Positions 29,952 through 39,579 of a DNA stretch of 64,000 nt are shown here, piece after piece. The notes under the pieces were generated by a model that saw nothing but the letters and a program-made list of their open reading frames with translations, was not told the DNA's origin and searched no databases. A program made the position numbers and the translations under genes. Position 1 is the stretch's first letter, and each line of letters starts with the position of its first letter. The stretch is from Leucobacter sp. GTDB lineage: Bacteria; Actinomycetota; Actinomycetes; Actinomycetales; Microbacteriaceae. Location of the stretch: the NCBI GenBank assembly GCA_047973175.1, contig JBKEBN010000105.1:2452-66451 (forward strand). Reading direction: 5' to 3'.

Positions 29952-31259
29952 ATGTCTGAGATGCCTGCAGGCAATACGCCGCAATCGCGCGCGGGCGAAA
30001 ACGCGCGACGCTTCGAGTTGCGCAGCCGTCTGGCAGCGGTCACCGCGGCCTGCTGCGTCGGTGCGCTGGTGGCTTTCGGCGCTCTTCCAGCTTCGGGGCT
30101 TGCGGTGAACGCGGCGGGCTCCGACCGCGAGCAGAGCGCGGCGAACGAGCAGGGCGCAGCGAACGAGCTGAGCGAGGCGAGTGAGCAGAGCTTGACCGAC
30201 GGCGGCACCGCGTCGCCTGCGGAGGTGGCCGATGCGGTGAAGGGCGCGCCCTCGCAGCAGGCGGGGTCTTCGCAGCAGCCGGGGGCCTCGCAGCAATTGC
30301 AGTCTGCCGACGAGGTGGTCGAAGACGCTCTCCCCGCGATGCTGAAGGTGGAAGTGGCAGAGACCGAGATTTCCGCTTCGGCTTCAGACGCTCCAACGGG
30401 CGCAGAGAGTAAACGGCCGGTCGTAGGCTATCCCTTCAAGCACGCCGTCATGCTCACAGACGGTTTCGGATACCGCACCGCACCGGTCGCACAGTTTCAC
30501 GACGCGCAAGATTTCGCCGCGCCGGCGGGCACCCCGATCCTCGCGATCGCCGACGGAAAGGTCATCGAGGCCGGGCCCGCGAGCGACGGCTGCGGCTTCG
30601 GCCTGCGGCTGCTGCACGAGATCGATGGGAAAGACGTCACCAGCCGCTACTGTCACATGCTCACAGACTCGCACTCGTTCGAGGTGGGCGACAGGGTCGA
30701 GATCGGAGACCGCGTCGGTCGCGTCGGAAACACGGGAATGTCGTTCGGGGCGCACCTGCACCTCGCGATCCGCGTGAACAATCAGCCGGTCGATCCGATG
30801 CCGTTCTTGAAGAAGTACAGCCGGATGACGAAGGCCGAATCCGAGCGGGCGAACTCGAAGCGCAAGGACAAGCCGGGATCGCGCATCGAAGACATCGTGA
30901 AGCCCCTGGGCGGCCCGAGCGAGCCGGTCATGCACTGGGACGAGCCCGACGGTCCGCCCGTGACGTGGTCGCCCGATCCGGCACCCGATCCCGCACCGAG
31001 TCCCTCACCCGACCCGGTGACGAACCCCGATCCAGAGGTGAGTTCTCAGCCCGACCCGGCACCGAAGCCCACGCCAACACCGAAGCCGACACCCACGCCG
31101 ACCCCCACTCCCACGCCAACCCCCACCCCGACTCCTGCACCTGAGCCCACGCCGTCGCCGGAGCCGACGCCTGACCCTTCGCCGAGTCCTACTCCGGCTC
31201 CCGAGCCCACCCAGCCGCCCAGCGCTGACTCCGCGCAGGCGACGACGGCCTCGAGATAG
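29952..31259 (+). CDS. Secreted M23-family peptidase with Pro/Thr-rich tail
   Basis: Hydrophobic N-terminal segment; HDAQD (HxxxD), [16 protein letters not shown]; (PT)n C-terminus. Confidence 0.88.
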   Translation: MSEMPAGNTPQSRAGENARRFELRSRLAAVTAACCVGALVAFGALPASGLAVNAAGSDREQSAANEQGAANELSEASEQSLTDGGTASPAEVADAVKGAPSQQAGSSQQPGASQQLQSADEVVEDALPAMLKVEVAETEISASASDAPTGAESKRPVVGYPFKHAVMLTDGFGYRTAPVAQFHDAQDFAAPAGTPILAIADGKVIEAGPASDGCGFGLRLLHEIDGKDVTSRYCHMLTDSHSFEVGDRVEIGDRVGRVGNTGMSFGAHLHLAIRVNNQPVDPMPFLKKYSRMTKAESERANSKRKDKPGSRIEDIVKPLGGPSEPVMHWDEPDGPPVTWSPDPAPDPAPSPSPDPVTNPDPEVSSQPDPAPKPTPTPKPTPTPTPTPTPTPTPTPAPEPTPSPEPTPDPSPSPTPAPEPTQPPSADSAQATTASR

Positions 31260-31262
31260 CGC

Positions 31263-31312
31263 CGGGTTCGGCCGTTCTTCCCGCGGGTTCGGCTGTTCTT
31301 CCCGCGGGATCT
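31263..31312. repeat. 21-bp tandem repeat (2 copies plus a degenerate third)
   Basis: CGGGTTCGGCCGTTCTTCCCG / CGGGTTCGGCTGTTCTTCCCG / CGGGATCT. Confidence 0.8.
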
Positions 31313-31400
31313 GCCCGATCCGGCGCGAGAGGGTCGCTCCCGGGAGGATCGTGACCACCGTCGACACGACCCGCGCGCGCCGACGGTAAACTTGACGGCT

Positions 31401-32072
31401 ATGGCAGCAGATTCTGAGCACGCAGCAGAGATCGGCTTCGCCGCCGAACGCACGAAGGCCTTCGTCGACGCGGTCGTGGCCATCGCCATGACGCTGCTCA
31501 TCCTGCCGCTCATGGACAGCGTGGGCGAGGGGGCGAGCGAGGGAGACGACGCGCTCGAGTGGCTCATCGGGCACGCGGCACCGCTGGTGAACTTCGTGCT
31601 GAGCTTCGTGCTGATCGCCATGTTCTGGATGATCCACCATCGGCTCTTCGCCGGAGTCGAGCGCGTCACCGTGGCTCTCACCTGGATACTCGCCGCGTGG
31701 ATGCTCACGATCGTCTGGCTTCCCGTTGCCACGGCGATTGCGGGGTGGATGAGCGACAACGATCCCGTGGCCAAGACGATCTACATCGGCAGCCTCACGA
31801 TCACCGCGCTGGTGTCTCTGGTCGTGCGCCTCTACGTGCGCGCGCACCCCGGACTGTGCTCGCAGGAGGAGGGCACCGAGCCGGGCGGCACGGTCTTCGG
31901 CCTCGCCGACGACATCGCGCTGGTCGTGCTGTTCGCGATCGCGCTGGCACTCGCGCTGCTGATTCCGGGTATCGGCTACTACGCGCTGCTGGTGATGCTG
32001 CTGTCGGGTTTTGCGCAGAAGCTCTTCGCGAAGGTGCTCGGTCGCCGCAGTCGCCAGGAGGATCAGACGTAG
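31401..32072 (+). CDS. TMEM175 (DUF1211) family membrane protein, putative K+ channel
   Basis: ERTKAFVDAVVAIAMTLLIL (R..AF.D.V.AI..TLL signature), FW..HH. Confidence 0.85.
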   Translation: MAADSEHAAEIGFAAERTKAFVDAVVAIAMTLLILPLMDSVGEGASEGDDALEWLIGHAAPLVNFVLSFVLIAMFWMIHHRLFAGVERVTVALTWILAAWMLTIVWLPVATAIAGWMSDNDPVAKTIYIGSLTITALVSLVVRLYVRAHPGLCSQEEGTEPGGTVFGLADDIALVVLFAIALALALLIPGIGYYALLVMLLSGFAQKLFAKVLGRRSRQEDQT

Positions 32073-33253
32073 GGCCACCCCGTGTAGGCCTCGGCGAGGT
32101 ATTGCTGCCCGGCCTGCGACTCCACCACCGAGCGCAGTTCGCTCAGCTGGAGCAGCCGGTCGAAGTCGCTCGCTTCGGGTGCGCGGTGCAGCATGCTCGT
32201 CATCCACCATGAGAAGTGCTGGGCCTTCCAGATGCGGCGCAGCGCGGTCTCGGCGTAGGCGTCGATGCCGCGCTCGTCGTTCTCGAGGAGGAGCTCCTGC
32301 AGCGCGCGGCTCAGCAAAAGTACGTCGGCTACCGCGAGATTCATGCCCTTCGCGCCCGTCGGCGGCACGGTGTGCGCGGCGTCTCCGACGATGGCGACGC
32401 GTCCGCGGCGCAGTTCGTGCGCGACGAAGCTGCGGAAGCGCAGCACGTCGCGCTGGAAGATCGGACCCTCGTTGAGCGTGGTGCCCGGCACGCGCGACCG
32501 CAGTATCTCCCAGAGCTCCGCCTCGCTGAACGCCTCGACGTCGACCCCGGGATCGCACTGGAAGTACATGCGCTGCACCGTCTCGGAGCGCTGGCTGATG
32601 AGCGCGAAGCCGTTCGGCGAGTTGCTGTAGATGAGCTCCTCTGAGCTGGGCGGGGCTTCGCAGAGGATCCCGAACCAGGCGAAGGGATACTCGCGGAAGT
32701 AGCCGCCCTCGCGTGACGGGCCGGTCACCGCCGGCCTGATCACGCTGCGCGAGCCGTCTGCCCCCACCACGAAGTCGGCCGCGATCTCGAACGGAGAGCC
32801 GTCGGCGTTCGTGCCGATGATGCGCGGCGTGCTCGTCTCGGTGCCTTCGACGCGCTGCACGGTCGCACCGAAGCGCAGATCCTGACCGGCGGCCAGGCGC
32901 GCCGCGATGAGATCTTTCAGCACCTCGTGCTGCGGGTAGAGCCACACGCTGCGGCCGATCGACTGCTGGAAGTCGATGCGCCGGCACTCGCCGGCACCGT
33001 CGGGTTCGGCGAAGCGCAGTTCGATGCCGTCGTGGCGGTGTCCGGCGGTGCGGGCGCGGCTGCCGGGAATCCCGTCGAGGACCTCAACGGTGCCCTGCTC
33101 GAGGATGCCGGCTCGGATGGTGGATTCGATCTGCTCTCGGCTGCGCAGGTCGAGCACGATCGACTCGATGCCGACCGCGGCGAGCAGGTGCGAGAGGAGG
33201 AGGCCGGCGGGCCCGGCTCCGACGATGGCGACGCGGGTGCGTTCTGCGGTCAT
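32063..33253 (-). CDS. pobA: 4-hydroxybenzoate 3-monooxygenase
   Basis: GAGPAG, IRAGILEQGT, YPQHEV, YPFAWFGIL, ELIYS, GDAAHTVPPTGAKGMNLA, RRIWKAQHFSWWMT. Confidence 0.93.
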   Translation of the reverse strand: MTAERTRVAIVGAGPAGLLLSHLLAAVGIESIVLDLRSREQIESTIRAGILEQGTVEVLDGIPGSRARTAGHRHDGIELRFAEPDGAGECRRIDFQQSIGRSVWLYPQHEVLKDLIAARLAAGQDLRFGATVQRVEGTETSTPRIIGTNADGSPFEIAADFVVGADGSRSVIRPAVTGPSREGGYFREYPFAWFGILCEAPPSSEELIYSNSPNGFALISQRSETVQRMYFQCDPGVDVEAFSEAELWEILRSRVPGTTLNEGPIFQRDVLRFRSFVAHELRRGRVAIVGDAAHTVPPTGAKGMNLAVADVLLLSRALQELLLENDERGIDAYAETALRRIWKAQHFSWWMTSMLHRAPEASDFDRLLQLSELRSVVESQAGQQYLAEAYTGWPYV

Positions 33254-33308
33254 GGGGGGTCTCCTTCGACTCGATTCGGTGGGGCGACCAGGCTGTCCTA
33301 TCGCGGTC

Positions 33309-33899
33309 TCAGGGCGTGTCGCGCAGCGAGTCGAGCAGTTCGAGCCCCCGCTCCGCCCACTCGATCTCGGCCTCGGCCCGTGAGATCTTGCCGCCGTAGG
33401 CGAACAACTTGAACGCTGCGATCCGCTCGTGATCGGTCGGATCGGTGGCGGCGAAGCGCCGCGCGAGCGTCGGGCTCGTGCGATCCCGAATCTCGCGAGC
33501 CTGCTGCTCGGCGCTCTCACGGGCCGCGGTGAAGAAAGCGATGTGATCCCGAAGCCGCTCGCGGGCGCTCTCGGGCGACCCCCACTCGAAGTACGCGGCC
33601 ATCAGGTGCGCCTGATCCCGCTCCGGAGCATAGCTCAGCGGCGTCGTCTGCCACGCGGCGAGTGCTTCACGCCCCGCGGGGGTGAGCGCGTACTGCGTCT
33701 TCGTCGCACTCTTCGTGCCCCACGGCACCGCCGTCGCTTCGATGAGTCCCTCGGCCTGCATCTTGCGCAGCTCGGGGTAAATCTGCGAATCCGGTGCGTG
33801 CCACAGGTGCCCCACCGAGCTTCTGAAGTGCTTGACCGCGTCGTACCCCGTCAGCGGGCCGCCCGAGATGAGGGCGAGGAGGGCGGAGCGCAGGCTCAT
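33309..33899 (-). CDS. PadR-family regulator (VanR-like)
   Basis: MSLRSALLALI, TGYD, WHAPDSQIYPELRKM, YALTPAG. Confidence 0.9.
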   Translation of the reverse strand: MSLRSALLALISGGPLTGYDAVKHFRSSVGHLWHAPDSQIYPELRKMQAEGLIEATAVPWGTKSATKTQYALTPAGREALAAWQTTPLSYAPERDQAHLMAAYFEWGSPESARERLRDHIAFFTAARESAEQQAREIRDRTSPTLARRFAATDPTDHERIAAFKLFAYGGKISRAEAEIEWAERGLELLDSLRDTP

Positions 33900-33992
33900 G
33901 GGCGGGTTCGGTGCCTCTCTTGTCTCGGCTGGCGGGAAGGGAACGGCGTCTCCTTGCCAACAATAGCCCGCGGCGGTAATCTCGCTCAAGAG

Positions 33993-34016
33993 AAATAACT
34001 ATTGACATAGTTATTT
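33993..34016. promoter_or_regulatory. Candidate PadR/VanR operator
   Basis: Perfect palindrome AAATAACTAT-N4-ATAGTTATTT containing TTGACA, between padR and vanA. Confidence 0.75.
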
Positions 34017-34037
34017 TCATGACACGAGGGAGTGCCC

Positions 34038-35198
34038 ATGACCGTAGAGACCGCATCTGTGTCGACCGCGAAGCTGCTCACGTACCCGCTCAACGCCTGG
34101 TACGTCGCCGCGTGGGACCACGAGATCACCGCGAACGGCATACTGTCGCGCACCGTCGCGGGCCGTCCGCTGGCTCTGTATCGCGCGCGGGACGGCCGGC
34201 CCGTGGCCCTCGCGGACGCCTGCTGGCATCGGCTTGCCCCGCTGTCGCAGGGCAAGCTCGTGGGGCACGACGAGATCCAGTGCCCCTATCACGGCCTGCG
34301 CTTCAATTCAGCCGGGCGCTGCACCGGGATGCCGGCGCAGGAGACGCTGAACCCGTCGGCGGTGGTGCCGTCTTTTCCGATCGTCGAGCGCTACCGCTAC
34401 CTCTGGGTGTGGCTGGGCGATGCCACGCTCGCAGACCCCGCCGCGATCCCCGATATGCATCAGCTCGCGTCACCCGAGTGGGCGGGCGACGGCCACACGA
34501 TCTACGCGCCCTGCAACTACCAGCTGGTGCTCGACAACCTCATGGATCTCACGCACGAGGAGTTTGTGCACTCCTCATCGATCGGGCAGGAGGAGCTCAG
34601 CGAGTCGGAATTCATCGTGACCCACGATGAGAACACCGTCACGGTGACGCGGTGGATGCTCAACATCGATGCGCCGCCGTTCTGGCTGAAGAACATGCGC
34701 GACAAGTTTCCCGGCTTCGAGGGCAAGGTCGACCGCTGGCAGATCATCCACTACACCTTCCCCTCGACGATCCTCATCGACGTGGGCGTGGCGAAGGCGG
34801 GCACCGGCGCACCCGAGGGCGATCGCTCGCAGGGCGTGAACGGCTATGTGATGAACACGATCAGCCCGGAGCAGGATCGCAGCTGCCACTACTACTGGGC
34901 GTTCATGCGCAATTACCGTTTGGAGAGCCAGCTCATCACCACTCAGCTGCGCGACGGCGTGCACGGGGTCTTCGGGGAGGACGAGGTGATGCTGAAGGCG
35001 CAGCAGGAGGCCATCGACGCGAACCCCGACTACGAATTCTACAGCCTCAACATCGACGCCGGTGGCATGTGGGTGCGGCGCATGCTGGTGCGGGCCCTCG
35101 AAGCGGAGGGGCGCGGCACTCCGTCACCGGCGCAGGCCGTGGGCTATCGTCCGACCGTCTCGACGGCCGCGAAGGCGACCGCGCCTGTGGGGGCGTAG
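34038..35198 (+). CDS. vanA: Vanillate O-demethylase oxygenase subunit (Rieske)
   Basis: NAWYVAAW, CWHRLAPLS and CPYHG Rieske motifs, DNLMDLTHEEFVH, NIDAGGMWVRR. Confidence 0.88.
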   Translation: MTVETASVSTAKLLTYPLNAWYVAAWDHEITANGILSRTVAGRPLALYRARDGRPVALADACWHRLAPLSQGKLVGHDEIQCPYHGLRFNSAGRCTGMPAQETLNPSAVVPSFPIVERYRYLWVWLGDATLADPAAIPDMHQLASPEWAGDGHTIYAPCNYQLVLDNLMDLTHEEFVHSSSIGQEELSESEFIVTHDENTVTVTRWMLNIDAPPFWLKNMRDKFPGFEGKVDRWQIIHYTFPSTILIDVGVAKAGTGAPEGDRSQGVNGYVMNTISPEQDRSCHYYWAFMRNYRLESQLITTQLRDGVHGVFGEDEVMLKAQQEAIDANPDYEFYSLNIDAGGMWVRRMLVRALEAEGRGTPSPAQAVGYRPTVSTAAKATAPVGA

Positions 35199-35202
35199 CG
35201 CC

Positions 35203-36249
35203 GTGGCCGACAAGCACGTCGAGTGGCAGGATGCCGCGGTCGTCGCGTGCCACGATGTCGCCGAGGGGATCCGCCGCATCGAACTCGCTCCAGACCTTCC
35301 CGTGCACGTGCACCCGGGAACGCACGTCGACGTGCTCGTCGAGATCGATGGGCGCACGGACGAGCGCTCGTATTCGGTCGTCGACGCGAGCGAGAGCGGC
35401 GACCGGATCGCGCTGAGCGTGTTCGAGGCTCACGCATCGAGAGGCGGGTCCAGGTTCATGCACCGCCTCGTTGCGGGTGAGCGCTTGCGGATCACCCAGC
35501 CGCTTCAGGACTTTCCGCTGCGGGTCGGAGCGCCCGCCTATGCGCTCGTCGCGGGAGGAGTGGGAATCACCGCGATTCTCGGCATGGCGTCGCTGCTGCA
35601 GCGGCTCGGTGCCGACTACGTGCTGCACTACGTGGGGAACTCGCGCGAGCGCATGGCGTATCTCGCCGAGCTCGAGGCCGCGCACGGCGACCGGCTGGTG
35701 CCGCACGTGACGCAGGAACACGGCCGCATGGCCGTGGCGGCGCTGCTCGACACCGTTCCCGCCGAGGCGGAGCTGTACATGTGCGGGCCGATCCGGTTGA
35801 TGGAGTCGATTCGCCGCACCTGGGAGCGCAGCGACCGCGATATCACCGCGCTCAGGTACGAGACCTTCGGCAACTCGGGGTGGTTCGAGGCTGAGCTGTT
35901 CGAGGTGCACGTGCCGCAGTACGGCACCACCGTCGAGGTATCGCCGAGCGAGTCGATGCTGGAGGCGCTCGAGCGGGCCGGCGTCGATGCGATGTACGAC
36001 TGCCGACGGGGAGAGTGCGGCCTGTGCGAGGCCAGGATCCTGGATCTCGACGGTGCCGTCGACCACCGCGATGTGTTCTACTCCGAGCGGCAGAAGGAGC
36101 CGAACTCGAAGATGTGCTGCTGCGTCTCGCGCGTGATCGAGGGGGTGCCGGCGACGCCTGGAGCTCCTCCCGTCAGCGGGGAGGCTCAGGATCCTTCGCC
36201 GTATCGACCCGCCGGGCGCATCGCCCGGGTGGTCGTCGAGCTGAGCTGA
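35203..36249 (+). CDS. vanB: PDR/VanB-family reductase
   Basis: PGTHVDV, RSYS, SRGGS, AGGVGIT, YMCGP, CRRGECGLC, MCCCVSR. Confidence 0.88.
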   Translation: MADKHVEWQDAAVVACHDVAEGIRRIELAPDLPVHVHPGTHVDVLVEIDGRTDERSYSVVDASESGDRIALSVFEAHASRGGSRFMHRLVAGERLRITQPLQDFPLRVGAPAYALVAGGVGITAILGMASLLQRLGADYVLHYVGNSRERMAYLAELEAAHGDRLVPHVTQEHGRMAVAALLDTVPAEAELYMCGPIRLMESIRRTWERSDRDITALRYETFGNSGWFEAELFEVHVPQYGTTVEVSPSESMLEALERAGVDAMYDCRRGECGLCEARILDLDGAVDHRDVFYSERQKEPNSKMCCCVSRVIEGVPATPGAPPVSGEAQDPSPYRPAGRIARVVVELS

Positions 36250-36342
36250 GGCGAGCCGGGCTGAGGTGGGCTGGGTTGGGTTGGGTTGAGCTGGTTCGAG
36301 TTGAGCCGGGCTGAGCTGAGCCGAGCCCGGCCGAGCTGAGCT
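36238..36342. repeat. Degenerate pentanucleotide tandem repeat (about 21 units of GAGCT/GGGCT/GGGTT/GAGCC)
   Basis: 5-bp phase held throughout; includes GGGCTGGGTTGGGTTGGG at 36268-36285. Confidence 0.9.
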
Positions 36343-36374
36343 CGGCAGGCAGGCGAAGCCCGCGCCCGCGACAG

Positions 36375-36438
36375 TGCGCGAACGCTCAGACTTCGTGCGC
36401 CTCGTGTCTGTTCCGGTTCCGCTCGCTCCCGCAGACTT
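36375..36438 (+). promoter_or_regulatory. Candidate AraC-activated promoter
   Basis: TGCGC at 36375 and 36396 (21-bp period); CAGACT about 37 bp after the second copy; same geometry at 47196-47259. Confidence 0.45.
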
Positions 36439-36490
36439 TTCCCTATCCCCGCCGCAAGGAAGCTCAGCGGGCAGATTCAAGGAGGAACCC

Positions 36491-37897
36491 ATGACAGAGG
36501 CAACGACGCTGCTCGACGCGATCACGGTGGACGCGAGCGTCGGCCGTGCGATCCCGGATGCGGCTACCGGGGAGACGATCGGGTACGCACCCGTGCACAC
36601 GGTGGCGGATCTGAACGCGGCGGTCGACGCCGCGCGGGAGGCGCAGGTGTCGTGGGCCGGGTTGGGGCACGAGGAGCGTTCGCGGATCCTGCACCTCGCG
36701 GCAGACGAGATCGATGCGAACGCAGAGGAGCTGGCGCAGATCATCGCGCGGGAGCAGGGCAAGCCGCTGAACGGCCCGGGCGCGCGGTTCGAGGCCGCGG
36801 GGTGCGCGGTCTGGATTCGCAACGCCGCTGACACGGTCATCGAACCCGAGGTGCTGTTCGAGGCGGAGGGCACCCGGTCGGAGCTGCACTACGGTCCGCT
36901 CGGCGTTGTGGCGGCGATCGGGCCGTGGAACTGGCCGGCGCTGATCGGGATCTGGCAGATCGCTCCCTCGCTGCGCATGGGGAACGCGGTAGTGGCGAAG
37001 CCCAGCAGCTACACCCCGCTGAGCGTGCTCGCCGTGGTCGAACTGATGAACCGTCACCTGCCGGCCGGTGTGCTGACGGTCGTGTCAGGCAACCGCGAGG
37101 TGGGCGCGAGCATCGCGAAGCATCCCGGGATCGACAAGATCATGTTCACGGGGTCGACTGAGACGGGCCGTGCGATCGTGCGCAGTTCTGCCGACAATCT
37201 TGCGCGTCTCACGCTCGAGCTGGGCGGCAACGATCCGGGGATCGTGCTTCCCGGCACGGACGTGCAGGCGATCGCCGAGGGTCTGTTCTGGGGCATTTTC
37301 ATCAACACGGGGCAGACCTGCGCGGCGCTGAAGCGCCTCTACGTGCACGACTCCGTGTACGACGATGTCGTCGCAGCGTTGCAGGTGCTGGCGGAGTCGA
37401 TCCCGATGGGTCCGGGCACGAGCGAGGAGAGTCTGCTGGGCCCGCTCTCGACCCCGCAGCAGTTCGAGATCGTCACCCGCCTCGTGGAGGATGCGCGGGC
37501 GCGCGGCGCGAAGATCGTGACCGGTGGTGAGGCTGCCCCCGAGCTGGGCAAACAGTTCTACCGCGCGACGATCGTGGCCGACATCGAGGACGACGCTGCT
37601 CTGGTGGAGGAGGAGCAGTTCGGCCCGGTGATCCCGGTGATCCGATACACGGAAGTGGAAGATGCGATCGCGCGTGCGAACGCATCGGAGCAGGGACTGG
37701 GGGCGTCGGTGTGGGGCGACCCGGCGGAGGCGCGCAGGGTCGCGGAGCGTGTCGATGCGGGCACGGTGTGGATCAACCAGCACGGCACCCTGAACCCGAC
37801 GGTGCCCTTCGGCGGCGTCAAAGCATCGGGCTACGGTCTCGAGTTCGGGGCGCACGGCCTGAAGGCGGTAGCTGCTCCGAAAGTCATCACGGTTTGA
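36491..37897 (+). CDS. Aldehyde dehydrogenase (aryl/phenylacetaldehyde dehydrogenase-like)
   Basis: PWNWP, FTGSTETG, LELGGND, NTGQTCAALKR, EEQFGPV; RBS AAGGAGG. Confidence 0.9.
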   Translation: MTEATTLLDAITVDASVGRAIPDAATGETIGYAPVHTVADLNAAVDAAREAQVSWAGLGHEERSRILHLAADEIDANAEELAQIIAREQGKPLNGPGARFEAAGCAVWIRNAADTVIEPEVLFEAEGTRSELHYGPLGVVAAIGPWNWPALIGIWQIAPSLRMGNAVVAKPSSYTPLSVLAVVELMNRHLPAGVLTVVSGNREVGASIAKHPGIDKIMFTGSTETGRAIVRSSADNLARLTLELGGNDPGIVLPGTDVQAIAEGLFWGIFINTGQTCAALKRLYVHDSVYDDVVAALQVLAESIPMGPGTSEESLLGPLSTPQQFEIVTRLVEDARARGAKIVTGGEAAPELGKQFYRATIVADIEDDAALVEEEQFGPVIPVIRYTEVEDAIARANASEQGLGASVWGDPAEARRVAERVDAGTVWINQHGTLNPTVPFGGVKASGYGLEFGAHGLKAVAAPKVITV

Positions 37898-38149
37898 GCG
37901 GAGCCGGGCTCGCAGCGAGGCGATTCGCAGAGCCGCGATCCCGGAATTGCTCTCTCGCGCACTGGATTGACCCCGGTGCGCATGGTCGCCGGCAACTCGC
38001 CCAGCGCGAGCGAAGAGCGACCTATCGTTGCCGCAGTGGGGCCTCCGTTCGGGGCCGACGAGGCACTGGCAACCCACGCAGAGTCAACGGTGAAAGCCAC
38101 GCATTTCCCGATTTCAACGGCGAAGCAACCACGAAGGAATGGTAAGAAA

Positions 38150-39457
38150 ATGAACGAACTCAACGGTGAGGTTCGAGGCATCAAGCGTCTCGGCAGGCTG
38201 CGCAGCAGCGCCCTTCTCGGCCTTGCGCTCCCCGCGGCGCTGATGCTCTCGGCGTGCGGCGGTGCGGGCACCTCGAGCGCCGGAGGCGGCGCAGACGACA
38301 AGGGCGGCGAGTCCGCCGCGTCTGTCAGCTGCGGCGACGTGCCCGTCAAAGACGCGAACGACCCCGACGGCCTGCTCGAGGAGATGCCCGAGAACGTGCG
38401 CGCCGCATTCAACGGCTGGCCCGATCAGATCGAGGTGAGCGCCTTCGCCGACATGAAGTCGAAGGTCGCCGACGGTCCGGTCAAGGTCGGCTACCTGCAG
38501 CAGGACTCGGGCAGCCCGGTCGCTGCGGCGTTGAGCGCGGAGATCGCGAAGCTCGCTGAGGAGTCGATCAAGGCAGGGGATGTCTCCGAACTGCTGATCG
38601 AGACCCCGGGCGGCGCAGGCGGCGAGGTCACCGCGGCCGACCAGGTGCGCTCCTTCGAGCAGCTCGTGCGCAAGGGTGCCGACGTCATCATCGCTCAGCC
38701 GCTCTCGGGCGAGGCGCTCGTGGGTGCGGTCAACTCGGCGGGCGAGAAGGGCATTCCGACCGTGACCTTCACGGGTTACGTCGCCTCTCCCTACGCCCTC
38801 AACATCAGCCCGAACGGCTACGACGCGGTCGCCCAGCACGTCTCCCGCGGCGCGAAGATGATCGACGGCAAGGGCAAGGTGCTGCTCGTGCAGGGCATCG
38901 AGGGCATGACGGTCAACACCACCTCGATCGAGACCGCCCAGGAGACCCTGGGCTTCTGCGAGGACATCGAGGTCGTCGGTCAGCCCGCGGGCAACTTCAA
39001 CGACCCCGGTGCCAAGACCGCGGTGATGAGCTTCCTGTCGTCGTACCCCGGCGACATCGACATGGTCTACCAGGTGGCCTCGATGGGTGCGGGCGTGTTC
39101 TCGGGCTTCGATGATGCGGGTCGCGACAATATGCCGCTCGTGCTCGACAACCTGCCGACCGCGGCCTCGCTCGCCTGGTGGGAGAAGCTGGCCCCGGAGG
39201 GCTACGAGGGTCTGGCGATTCCCGGTACCGGCACGCAGTTCGGCGAGGCCCTCTGGTCCGTGGCCATGCGCACGATGAAGGGCGAGGGGCCGAAGATCAA
39301 CCAGATCGCGCTCGAGACCCAGTTCATCACCGATGAGAACCTCTCCGAGTACGCCGTGCCCAGTGCGACGGTGACCGCCGCAGAGGAGACCCAGACGGTC
39401 GGCAGCCTGCTGCCGGAGGACTACCTGAGCGGCTACTTCACCAACCCGGGTGAGTAA
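38150..39457 (+). CDS. Sugar-type (CUT2) ABC substrate-binding lipoprotein
   Basis: Lipobox LSAC; KGADVIIAQP, GIPTV; heads an ABC operon. Confidence 0.8.
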   Translation: MNELNGEVRGIKRLGRLRSSALLGLALPAALMLSACGGAGTSSAGGGADDKGGESAASVSCGDVPVKDANDPDGLLEEMPENVRAAFNGWPDQIEVSAFADMKSKVADGPVKVGYLQQDSGSPVAAALSAEIAKLAEESIKAGDVSELLIETPGGAGGEVTAADQVRSFEQLVRKGADVIIAQPLSGEALVGAVNSAGEKGIPTVTFTGYVASPYALNISPNGYDAVAQHVSRGAKMIDGKGKVLLVQGIEGMTVNTTSIETAQETLGFCEDIEVVGQPAGNFNDPGAKTAVMSFLSSYPGDIDMVYQVASMGAGVFSGFDDAGRDNMPLVLDNLPTAASLAWWEKLAPEGYEGLAIPGTGTQFGEALWSVAMRTMKGEGPKINQIALETQFITDENLSEYAVPSATVTAAEETQTVGSLLPEDYLSGYFTNPGE

Positions 39458-39485
39458 GCGGTCTCAACCCGGAAAGCCGGGGTGC

Positions 39486-39535
39486 GTCTGATCGGGTCGT
39501 CACCGTCCAGTGGCGCGGCGATGACCCGATCAGAC
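39486..39535 (+). other. Intercistronic stem-loop between SBP and ATPase genes
   Basis: GTCTGATCGGGTCGTCACCG / CGGCGATGACCCGATCAGAC. Confidence 0.6.
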
Positions 39536-39579
39536 ACCAAGCGCCCCCGAGCACCCGCCGACGGAGACGAGAGGAACGA

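Noticed and set aside
22338..30296. Minus-strand ORFs of 637, 812, 321 and 527 aa
   Set aside because: Shadows of aroE, the MFS gene and gdh; low-complexity Arg/Ala/Gly-rich translations
36238..36342. Vertebrate switch-region or telomeric contamination
   Set aside because: The tract is short, degenerate and continuous with the vanB reading frame and the downstream bacterial promoter
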